Positions 23,801 through 33,930 of a DNA stretch of 64,000 nt are shown here, piece by piece (positions within the stretch are counted from its first letter, which is position 1; the number at the start of each line of letters is the position of its first letter). The notes beneath the pieces were generated by a model. It was not told the origin of the DNA, did not search any database, and worked only from the letters and a program-made list of their open reading frames with translations. A program made the translations under genes and the position numbers. The DNA is from Eukaryota sp. TZLM1-RC (taxonomy: Eukaryota; Protista; Metamonada: BaSk clade): the NCBI GenBank assembly GCA_040285825.1, contig JAUPSS010000006.1, positions 1,302,001-1,366,000 of the forward strand. Direction: 5' to 3'.

Positions 23801-24217
23801 GATGAATCGAATTTTGTTGAGGACTGTTATCTCTTTGATCAAAATGTTTCTCTGCTGAGTGATTTCTTCAAAGAAGATGTTGAACAATTTGCTGAGTTAG
23901 ATTTTGAAACAAAAAGATACCTGAATACATTTATCATTCATCTGTCAGCATTGAGGTATCTAATTTGTTTTACATTGGACAAATTGGATTTCAAGAAGTT
24001 TTGGATATACCATAGATTTTGTGATCTTAAAGACAGTCCCAATGTGCTACCCAAAAGTAGTTTGTTTGTCCTGAAAAGGACCATTGATAACAATTTTGTC
24101 TTGGTAAATAAGCAAGTTGATGTTGATTGTATTGATTCATTGAATTTTAATGATCATTATTTTTGTTTCACTTCAACAATAGCTTCTGAATGGGGGGTAG
24201 CATTGTTAAAGAACTAA
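20810..24217 (+). CDS. Family B SAMD9-like protein (AlbA_2/Schlafen nuclease, SIR2-like, STAND NTPase, TPR), about 1135 aa with one in-frame TGA at 21005-21007
   Basis: ORFs 20759-21007 and 21038-24217 share a frame. Read through: GEESNVHDLKRS...FWKVFAALHNSPG...AYLIIGVDEDG (AlbA_2); FLLEI...IWVRNGS; LFNFISLPWKFVLDVSP; HCNGCRTAVL and IVIFID (degenerate Walker A/B); ELGDFYRY...YSYALQYDPSNTFAKHG (TPR). Confidence 0.75.
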
Positions 24218-24329
24218 CTCTAGACTTGAACAGATATCACAGAAAAGGAAACAGATATTATTGTTTGTCATCAAAGAAAGTTTAAAATATATAAATCTAT
24301 AAGTATAAATGATAATAAATGGTATAATT

Positions 24330-24425
24330 AAAAAATATTTATTGAATTTGCACACTTAATTAAATTAATTCATAACTAATGGGACGAATATCATTGAACC
24401 AAGATTTTTCAACAAAATCTTGACG
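24330..24425 (-). mobile_element. Extreme 3' end/UTR of F1
   Basis: Reverse complement of about 60706-60795 (QDFVEKILVQ*, GTCCCATTAGTTATG...AATAAATATT). Confidence 0.8.
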
Positions 24426-24667
24426 TTTCTTAGTCAAGTTTCTTCAATTTCTTCCATTTACATGTCAGGCACTCATAGTGAAAATGACTGGAACACAAAA
24501 AGCACCGAAGATGAAGTTAATGAATCAACCTCCTCAATCCCAACTAGTTCTCATTCTCCTCACATCCACTCCATGCTAGAGATTTTCTGAAAACAAATTC
24601 GAATCCAAAATCAAAACCATTGAAAACTGTAAAAATTCATTCTCATAGCTGTGCTGTATTTGCAAAG

Positions 24668-25512
24668 TTTTTTTAACTGGAATATTTATTGAGAAAAAAA
24701 ATCTATCTAGAATTCAATGTCCTCCAAACAAGCGTCACTATTACTAAACCTACTCACAGCAGTACGTTCATATTCTACACCAATAGCTAAAAGTGCCTTT
24801 GAAATCATTGTTGGAATAGACATGAAAATGCAAAACACAATTCTATTTAACAAGAATGTGGAATTCATTGTTTTACCAGACCTATTCAGTAACACTCTTT
24901 TGAAGTTTTCAACAAAGTGCAACCTGAAGGTCCAATATTGCTAAAAAGAGAAATTGCAAACGGCACAAACCGATATTTCACATGTTCCACTCTACCTAAC
25001 TGTGCCAAAGGTTCTTCATATTTTTTTATCTTCTTTTTTTTCGGCGTTAGATAACGGCGAATCAGCGGAATACACTAAACGAGCAGCAGAATTTTTGCAA
25101 ACATCAACTGAGACAACATCTACAACATTGAGAACACCATCGATCCCTGGAGCTACTAAATCTGCCTAAATCTTTTACCAAAGGAATCATCAGTTTGATC
25201 TGAAGACAGCTTACGTACTAATGGCTCAATAAATGCCTCTATATTGAAATTTTTGCACATGGCATATAATTGTCACGAACTGAGTCATGAACAATTGAGC
25301 GATAAGTTATAAAATACTTACAGTTTAAAATATGGGAAAGCGTAACAACACTCTTGCAGCGACAAATTAAATCATTTGGTAAAGAACAAGGCCATAGAAA
25401 ACATCTCATTCTCATTGCAGTGTTCCATTGGTGATCATTGAGTAGAAAGCCATAAATGTTGGGAATTTGGGAGCTTAGGCAACTTGAGCAACTGTCTTCA
25501 AGGTCAATCAAA
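24668..25512 (-). mobile_element. F2 retrotransposon 3' portion (CCHC, RLE, A-tail)
   Basis: MRMRC..CRC..HILNC..HDSVRD, ending EDIEF*; T run at about 24668 is the minus-strand A tail. Confidence 0.85.
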
Positions 25513-26506
25513 AAGTAAAATGAATAATGTAAAATAATATTAATAATATAATAAATAAAATATAATCATAATAATCATTATTTATATAATTTATTGAATT
25601 TATTTTATTATTGATGTAAAATGGTTATATTTTGTAATTACATATAACGAATTCACGAATGTCTTCTTTGCCTAGCTGCAGCAATCAAACCTTTTAAAAA
25701 CAACATTATTAATTTCACAGATTCATTGGCACTTAATGTCAACAGTGTAATTATAAGCATAAAAGACGATCCTTTCACTATTCAAAAAATGAATTGAAGC
25801 AATTCGTGTAGTGGAGTAGGTGTTCCATAATAAACAACCAGGGGTTTAAAACCATAAGGGTTTAACATTTAACATTTAACAGGGTTTATTTCATACTAAC
25901 TGTGTCTATATGTTGCTACTGAGAATCTTTAATGCATCTAGATGATGGTTTAGGCTGTTCATTATCTTCTTCATAATTCCCTAACCTCACATGATAGGTG
26001 AGATTATAGTACGAGAATCAGATTTGGACATGACAGAAATTTTTGACGAGGATTTCGCATAAGAAAAATGGATTACACTATATCAAGGTAAGTTTACAGT
26101 TTATAAAATTCTGAGTAAAAGAATGTTCTTCTCTTACAAAATGAAATATTTAAATGTTTGACAAGAACTAGATGAAAAATAGGGAAAAATGGAGAAATTA
26201 GAGGAGGTTCAATAAAGCTGTCAACAATATACAAAAGAGGTTTTAAATGAAAAGCTTGAGGGACTCACGAATAAAGTTCTTATTCTTGACATTGAACTTT
26301 TTTATAATCTAAACGAGCATTCTCATAAGTTTGTGATTTATTGATTTATTAATTTTGATTGAAGAGAGAAAGTGATGCTTTAAAAAGATGGAGAAATACC
26401 GACGTAAAAAACACGTACAACAACATCAAAGTTGGCTGAATTAATTGAAAAGGAAAGAACAAATGGTAACAGGGAATTTAAAAGCAAAATATCTAAAAGG
26501 ACTACA

Positions 26507-26541
26507 CTTACGTGTCATTCTAACACCAAATGACACGTAAG
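26507..26541. other. Perfect 13 bp inverted repeat with 9 nt loop
   Basis: CTTACGTGTCATT-ctaacacca-AATGACACGTAAG. Confidence 0.6.
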
Positions 26542-27041
26542 CATTATCATCCATAACTACTAACTTGCGTAAAGTGATGGTCTGTTGGTAAATTCCAATT
26601 AAAAGAACGTGGAGGATAGAGAAGATAGGTTGGATTTTTAAGGTGGCGACAACAAAGGAGAGGGTCTCGGAGACGACCAGAGGGGATTGGAAGATAGATT
26701 GGAGAAGGAAGAGAACAGGTGTTGATTGAGAGATATCCAAAGTGAAGGAGGGAGAGAACATAAGGGAAGAAAAAGAGGAGAGTAGGAGTGCGATGTGAGT
26801 AAGAGAGTGTTGTAGAGAAAAAGAGAAGAAGTGATGGAAAAGGAGAGAGCAAAGTCACCGAGGGTTTCGTTACATGGAGAATAAGCTTTCTGTGATCTTC
26901 CAAAGCGGATGTGTAAGTTGTTGAAGAAAGGAATGACATCAATGATCTACTACTCTATGATAAGTGTTCTGGAAGATGCTCCATTTTTTTAAACGCCTTC
27001 CGGATCAAACAGGTTTTTGTAGATTTGCCTCTGCTATAACA

Positions 27042-28940
27042 ATGTCGATTGAACCACCAGTCAAAAGAATGCATCTTCGTTCACTGAGTGACAATGTCCG
27101 AGAATCATCTTTGGGCTCATCTCATCCAATTCGTTCTAGTTTAGGGCAAACCTCCTTCCATTCTACTTCAACTCCCAGTAAACCTCAATCAGCACCGCCT
27201 CGCTTTTTGGACAGATCCATAAACATGACTTGCACCTTCCACTCAGCTGTATATTCTCCTCTCTTCAAGTCGGACACCAGTCTTCAAGATGTGAGGCGTC
27301 GCATCCTTTCGGCACTATCCAATCATCTTGATCTCATGGATTTGATAGCTGATGCTTTGAAACAACTGCGTCAGTTCCTCAGCCAATCAGATAATGAGTT
27401 ATCTCTCCCTGTTTTTTATGCTTCAAAAACTCTTTCCCGCCTTCTTTCCGCTGCTTTACATAGTCTTAAGCGTCTTCCTGAAGTCCAAAACGGTGATGGC
27501 TCAGGTTCTAAGTGTCTCCAAGGTCCTGTAGGCGTTGGTAAATCCACTTTTTTAAGGGCTGTCTTCTGCTTCAGTTGTCTTCTTTTCCCTGACTATAGAA
27601 CTGTTATGCATGACTTTGAATGTGACAATTCTTCTGATCTAGCGACTATTGAAAGTCTAATCGAGATGAAGCAAGCTGATGATGATATACAAAACAATCG
27701 TTGTAAGTCTTTGCCCACAGTGCTGCTCCTTGATGAAATTAATGCCGTATATGATTTTCCCAACACAGTAAAAGCAGTGGCGTTCATCAAATCACTTTTA
27801 GTTTTTGCAAAGTCTGCAAAAAACTTTTCCATAATCACTGGTTCAACTTCTTTTCTTTTTGAACGAGTATTCAATGCAGTAGACAGTGAGTTCCGCTCCA
27901 AGGGCTTTCCATCTTTGAATCATTCTGTTTTTCTTGCTGAACATTTAATGCCGATCCGTGATATGAATGAGTTCAAAAAGTTCTGTGATATTGCGTTCCC
28001 AAATTCTACCATTCACAATTACGGGGATGCATTTAATGCGACAGGTGGTGTTGGTAGATACCTCAACCATTATATTTCGAATGACCAAAGAGAATTAAGT
28101 GTTGATCACTTGTTTGCAGCTCTGGATGATCCGAAATTTGAAGCTTTTTGCTCATTTTTTGTACAACTGGACCGTCATAATGTTCCAATTTCCCAAATCA
28201 AATCATTAAATATTCGGAATTCGGACATTAACCGTTTTAAGGATAAATCTCTTATTCTTGAACAAGATAGTCTTTATCACCTCTTGATTCCAAAACATAT
28301 GGAATACCTATAGAAATATTTCGAGAAGGAGGAAAACTCATTCATGTATGCTTTTCGAATTCTACTACATGGTTTTGTTAATGGTAGTGCTGGAGCACAG
28401 GTTGAGTCCTATATTATTCAAGGTTTGTATGAAAAGCCAGTTGCTATGAAAAAAATTCATCGGTCAAACAATCGTTACTATTTTGAAGATGGTTCTGATG
28501 TTGTTTCATCTGATTTTCCACTGTTTCAAAGTCATGTTTTTCGAATGGCTCAAGATACGGGAGTAGATGGTTTTAATCTCGAGCCCACTGATAATGATGA
28601 AGAATACCAATTACACTGCATTCAAGTCAAAGTGGGAAATCATAACTCAAAATTAACTAATGGGAATTTTGATAATGCTAACGACAGAACAAACACGCTT
28701 TCGGGAATCTACAACAAGTACAAAAAAGGGTTTCAAAACATTGTTGAATTTTTCAAACAGATTTTCCCCGACGTTTCTCTGACTCAAGGTAATTTCTACT
28801 TGTACAGCAATAAGGAGTTGTCATCCCACACTTTTAATTCATTACCCCCTAATTTCAATCTTCTGGTTGGGGAATCCTTTTGGGATGGACTAGGTCTTAG
28901 TGCCCACCAAATTGATTCTCTTGGAATTTGCAGAAATTGA
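27042..28940 (+). pseudogene. Family C Crinkler/RHS-type P-loop NTPase plus PD-(D/E)xK nuclease, copy 1 (632 codons, in-frame TAG at 28311-28313)
   Basis: Walker A GPVGVGKST, Walker B VLLLDE, IITGS, TGGVGR, nuclease-like GVDGF...CIQVK. TAG corresponds to AAG in the other copies. Confidence 0.8.
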
Positions 28941-29299
28941 ATTGATGTTACAAGAGTTCAATTTTTCTTTCATCATCTTTTTAATAATTTTTTACATTGG
29001 GGACATGTTTCATAAATCATATCTTCTTCATTGATAAACAGTGATTCGTTAAACTCATCTTTCAATTGTGCTAATTTCAATTTCAGATTCCAATAAAATT
29101 TATCTTGTTCTTCAGTGTAATCACTTTCACATTTATCTTTAACTATTTCATTTAATTCAAGTAAATTTCAAGGTTTGTTTTTTAATAATGTATTCATTTC
29201 ATTAACGATATCTTCTTATGCTTGCAAGACATTGTAAAATCCTTTCTAATTGTATTTCAGTTTCTAAAAATAAAATAGTTGTTGGTATTGAAATTCAAG

Positions 29300-29553
29300 A
29301 AAAAACATCTGAAGTCATTGAGGCAACAGAAGCACCTTCAATAGTTTTAATACTAAATTGGAAAGGCTTCAAATAGTCCCTTGCCTTAGTAGAAATTCCG
29401 TTAAAAATAAGAGAAGAAAGCAATCTCGTTAAACTCCCCAATAGCAATTGGTCTAACTCCATCAGGTTTGTTGCTTTTTCCTGGTTTAATTAAAGCAACT
29501 AACCGAGCAGCAGTCAATTCAGGTGGAGGAACATAATTCAAACACATTAAACT
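29300..29553 (-). mobile_element. RT N-terminal fragment of an RLE retrotransposon (also about 47845-48098 and 53620-53878)
   Basis: ELTAARLVALIKPG...GVRPIAIGE...PFQF. Confidence 0.85.
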
Positions 29554-29554
29554 A

Positions 29555-30460
29555 AAAATCCCGTTTTCGGTAATTTTTTAAGGGATATTCGTGATAGTTC
29601 TGCTGCTGCTTTAGTAACTCAACTTCCCTCTGTTTATGGACTTTTGTTAAAAAACAATGAATGGCTTCTAAACATGCGTTTTCGTTGTTTTCTGTGGCCA
29701 AACAATTTGCCCAATCATTTAACTTGTAAATGTGGTAAACCTCTTTTGTTTACTCATCTTTTGAACTGTAAACATTTCATTACGTTTAGAAGCAAAGTGC
29801 TTAATAACGTCAGGGACCAAATTTATGTAATGTGCAAATCATATCGAGTAGATTCCTTTTTAGAACCGCTGTTATCAAAATTAATTCTTGATGACCCCAA
29901 TATTGATAGTACGCGTTACAACAGAGCTTCTATGGGTCTGACTAGAGGTGATCTAGTTGTTCCTGGTTTAAATGGTAGTTTTACTATTTTGGACGCCATG
30001 TCTATTGACCCTTGTAATTCCTCTAACGAACATCTCATTAACTCGGATGTAAATAATCCTCTTCTTGCAGGCGAAAAATATAAAATTGCTAAATATGCGA
30101 AACCCATTTCCTCGGTTAAAGAAAATTCTCATGCCCAATATAATTTATGTTCCTTTGTTTTTTCTTTGCTTGGATCTCTAGGTAAAGCTGCTATGGCTTT
30201 CCTTGAGGATTTTGTTGTAGTTGTAAAGGAAAAAACTGGAAGAATTTTCAATCGTGTTTACTGGCAAAACAGGATTGTATTTTCTATTTTTAAGGGAATG
30301 GTAAAACTAATTTCTGATTCACTATCTTCTTTTGGGAAATTTTCTGCATCTTTAGCAATTAATTGTTTTGATGTAGGGGAGGCACGTTTTGAGGATGTGG
30401 AGTTTTAATTGTGTATTTCATATTTGTTGTTGAATAAAAATAAGCGTTTTTTAAAAAAAA
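29555..30460 (+). mobile_element. F3 retrotransposon 3' portion (CCHC, RLE, UTR, A-tail)
   Basis: CKC..HLLNC, NNVRD, RGDL, LDAM, KIAKY, ending EDVEF*; AATAAA and an A run at about 30433-30460. Confidence 0.85.
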
Positions 30461-30464
30461 CACA

Positions 30465-30705
30465 TTAAGCTTTGAAAAAAATGGCAAGATCCTCAGAAAA
30501 TTCTTGAGCATTTTTACAAGCAAGTATTAACAAATCAAAAGAAATGCCTGAGGAACCAGCAGCTTTTCCTTTTGGCAATTTAGCAATAGCATTGAATTCT
30601 TCTTGAGCCTTAAAAGGATTTTTGAGCCAATATTCACAAATTGGCGGCTTAATTGGGCAAAAAGTTTCAGTTGGATGAAGCACTTTCAGTTTTTCCACAG
30701 TTTTT
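30465..30705 (-). mobile_element. Pre-RT fragment of an RLE retrotransposon (also 49801-50040 and 55020-55190)
   Basis: KLKVLHP...LPKGKAAGSSGISFDLL, homologous to the F1 region KILHP...PRGKSAGLSGI. Confidence 0.8.
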
Positions 30706-30914
30706 CTTTATATAAAGAGTTGTAAATTTATATTTAGTGTGCATTTATTTTTGATCCTCTCTCTTGTTCCTGTTTCTATATATAATGACCAATTTTGTCA
30801 AAAATAAAAACATTTAATAGAAATTATTCGTCTAGTGTAAATTAAATCGAATAATTTATTTGAAAAAACTTAACGTTTACTAAAACGTATTGTTTAAAGG
30901 AAGAAGTGGAAGAA

Positions 30915-31050
30915 AGTTGTGGATGACATTGATTTATTTTTGAGTTGAAATAAACTCATCATATATTTGACTTGTTTTATACACCAATCTGCCGTTGAAA
31001 TTACTCTGAATCTTTTCAACTGAGCTAAAGAGAGCAATATCTACGATCCC
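30915..31050 (+). pseudogene. Decayed 5' end of a family B gene (also about 50250-50385)
   Basis: CAATCTGCCGTTGAAATTACTCTGAATCTTTTCAAC...AAGAGAGCAAT matches 20843-20905; ATG lost and a stop is present. Confidence 0.65.
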
Positions 31051-31439
31051 GAACAAGCATTTTCTCTTTCATTTAGAGGCGCAAACTCTCTATGTATTAA
31101 AAACTCAATAATATAAATAATTGCTGATTCCTCCATAACTTAATGGGCAAGGGAAAACCTATAAATCAATGCCTACCTGGAATTGGCCAGAATCGTGGGT
31201 GAATTGCCCGAATGCACTTAAACATTCAAACTCGAATACATGCTCATGGAGATCAGGGACTTGTCTTACATGACGTGGACTGAGAAACAATAGAAACTCT
31301 TACAGGAAAAATACAACTCAAAGATGAGACTAAATAAGTTGCTTCTTATATAATAAATTAAGATTTATTTGTTGAACAGACAAAATTTAGAAACAGGCAA
31401 CAAACCTTAACTAAAGCTGTTACCTACACAAACCCCATC

Positions 31440-31800
31440 AATTGAATGATATGAGATTTTAACTATTCACATACAAAACAACTGGCATGTTGTAAGACTG
31501 CGTAATATTATTCAAAATGTGGTCATTAACACAAGGGAGAGCTTTCAATAATGAAAACTCAATTCTGTTTTTCCAAATCAAAAAATCGAATGTACGTCCA
31601 CTTTCTCTGAGAAGATTTCCTAAATCAATAAAAATTGAGATCTTCGATTTCAAGGGTACCAAAAATACAAATAGCAAACTGGAACTATTATTGGAATTAG
31701 CAAATGTTCTGTTTTAGTTCCTATAGATGTTTTTTTTGTTTGCCGTTCAATTGCTGTCTCTAGCGTTGGAGCAGGTCCACACCCAATCATCAACTCTGAA
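31440..31800 (-). mobile_element. F5 retrotransposon 3' (RLE) fragment (also about 50775-51135)
   Basis: LLFVFLVPL...FIDLGNLLRESGRTFDFLIWKNRIEFSL, homologous to the C-termini of F2-F4. Confidence 0.7.
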
Positions 31801-32213
31801 TCGACATCGTGACTTTTAATATTGGAAATTTTTGACAGAACTCAACGTACACTCAAGTACGACTTTTTAAAGAAAAATAAATACTTGCAGCTTTTCAGAA
31901 CTATGACCCAGTTGCTAAAGAAAGAAAGGAGGAAACGTCTGATATGAAGACTAATGGAGGCATTTGAAAAAATAGGTGCATTCCACTTCGATTCATTGGA
32001 ACCTCAAATAGTGAAAATTCTCAACAGCATGAGGAGCTTAAAGAAGCAAGCTCAAAACGGGAGATAGAAATCATCAAGATTTGCACAACAGAGACTGAAG
32101 AAGGAATGGCTGAATGGCGTTAGTTCACACATAAATAAAGAGTAACACGGAAGAGTAGATAGAAGGATGAAATGATGTCTCACTAGAAATCAAATTGTGT
32201 TAGATCCATAAAC

Positions 32214-33930
32214 ATGAATTGCACCTTCCACTCAGCTGTCTATTCTCCTCTCTTCAATTCGGACACCAGTCTTCAAGATGTGAGGCGTCGCATCCTTTCG
32301 GCACTAGTCAATCAATCTGATCTCACGGATTTGATAGCTGATGGCTGGACACAACTGCGTCAGTTCCTCAGCCAATCAGATAATGAGTTATCTCTCCCTG
32401 TTTTTTATGCTTCAAAAACTCTTTCCCGCCTTCTTTCCGCTGCTTTACATAGTCTTAAGCGTCTTCCTGAAGTCCAAAACGGTGATGGCTCAGGTTCTAA
32501 ATGTCTCCAAGGTCCTGTAGGCGTTGGTAAATCCACTTTTTTAAGGGCTGTCTTCTGCTTCAGTTGTCTTCTTTTCCCTAACTATAGAACTGTTATGCAT
32601 GACTTTGAATGTGACAATTCTTCTGATCTAGCGACTATTGAAAGTCTAATCGAGATGAAGCAAGCTGATGATGATATACAAAACAATCGTTGTAAGTCTT
32701 TGCCCACAGTGCTGCTCCTTGATGAAATTAATGCCGTCTATGATTTTCCCAACACAGTAAAAGCAGTGGCGTTCATCAAATCACTTTTAGTTTTTGCAAA
32801 GTCTGCAAAAAACTTTTCTATAATCACTGGTTCAACTTCTTTTCTTTTTGAACGAGTATTCAATGCAGTAGACAGTGAGTTCCGCTCCAAGGGCTTTCCA
32901 TCTTTGAATCATTCTGTTTTTCTTGCTGAACATTTAATGCCGATCCGTGATATGAATGAGTTCAAAAAGTTCTGTGATATTGCGTTCCCAAATTCTACCA
33001 TTCACAATTACGGGGATGCATTTAATGCGACAGGTGGTGTTGGTAGATACCTCAACCATTATATTTCGAATGACCAAAGAGAATTCAGTGTTGATCACTT
33101 GTTTGCAGCTCTGGATGATCCGAAATTTGAAGCTTTTTGCTCATTTTTTGTACAACTGGACCGTCATAATGTTCCAATTTCCCAAATCAAATCATTAAAT
33201 ATTCGGAATTCGGACATTAACCGTTTTAAGGATAAATCTCTTATTCTTGAACAAGATAGTCTTTATCACCTCTTGATTCCAAAACATATGGAATACCTAA
33301 AGAAATATTTCGAGAAGGAGGAAAACTCATTCATGTATGCTTTTCGAATTCTACTACATGGTTTTGTTAATGGTAGTGCTGGAGCACAGGTTGAGTCCTA
33401 TATTATTCAAGGTTTGTATGAAAAGCCAGTTGCTATGAAAAAAAATTCATCGGTCAAACAATCGTTACTATTTTGAAGATGGTTCTGATGTTGTTTCATC
33501 TGATTTTCCACTGTTTCAAAGTCATGTTTTTCGAATGGCTCAAGATACGGGAGTAGATGGTTTTAATCTCGAGCCCACTGATAATGATGAAGAATACCAA
33601 TTACACTGCATTCAAGTCAAAGTGGGAAATCATAACTCAAAATTAACTAATGGGAATTTTGATAATGCTAACGACAGAACAAACACGCTTTCGGGAATCT
33701 ACAACAAGTACAAAAAAGGGTTTCAAAACATTGTTGAATTTTTCAAACAGATTTTCCCCGACGTTTCTCTGACTCAAGGTAATTTCTACTTGTACAGCAA
33801 TAAGGAGTTGTCATCTCACACTTTCAATTCATTACCCCCTAATTTCAATCTTATGGTTGGGGAATCCTTTTGGGATGGACTAGGTCTTAGTGCCCACCAA
33901 ATTGATTCTCTTGGAATTTGCAGAAATTGA
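32214..33930 (+). CDS. Family C copy 2, lacking the N-terminal 61 aa; single frameshift in an A run near 33440 (possible sequencing error)
   Basis: ORFs 32214-33476 and 33535-33930, near-identical to 51550-53268. Confidence 0.75.

Larger units (their letters stand above)
27211..32201. repeat. About 5 kb higher-order repeat unit (family C plus retroelement mosaic), repeated from 32202 and across about 47237-54480
   Basis: About 28710-34290 is colinear with about 47237-53630 apart from an F4 insertion; about 53270-54480 repeats about 28940-30150. Confidence 0.85.

Noticed and set aside
25841-25890. GGGTTTA telomere-like motifs
   Set aside because: Three non-contiguous copies only; not a tandem telomeric tract.
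26441-26942. Minus-strand ORFs of 106 and 131 aa
   Set aside because: Derived from a purine-rich low-complexity tract, with no recognisable motif.
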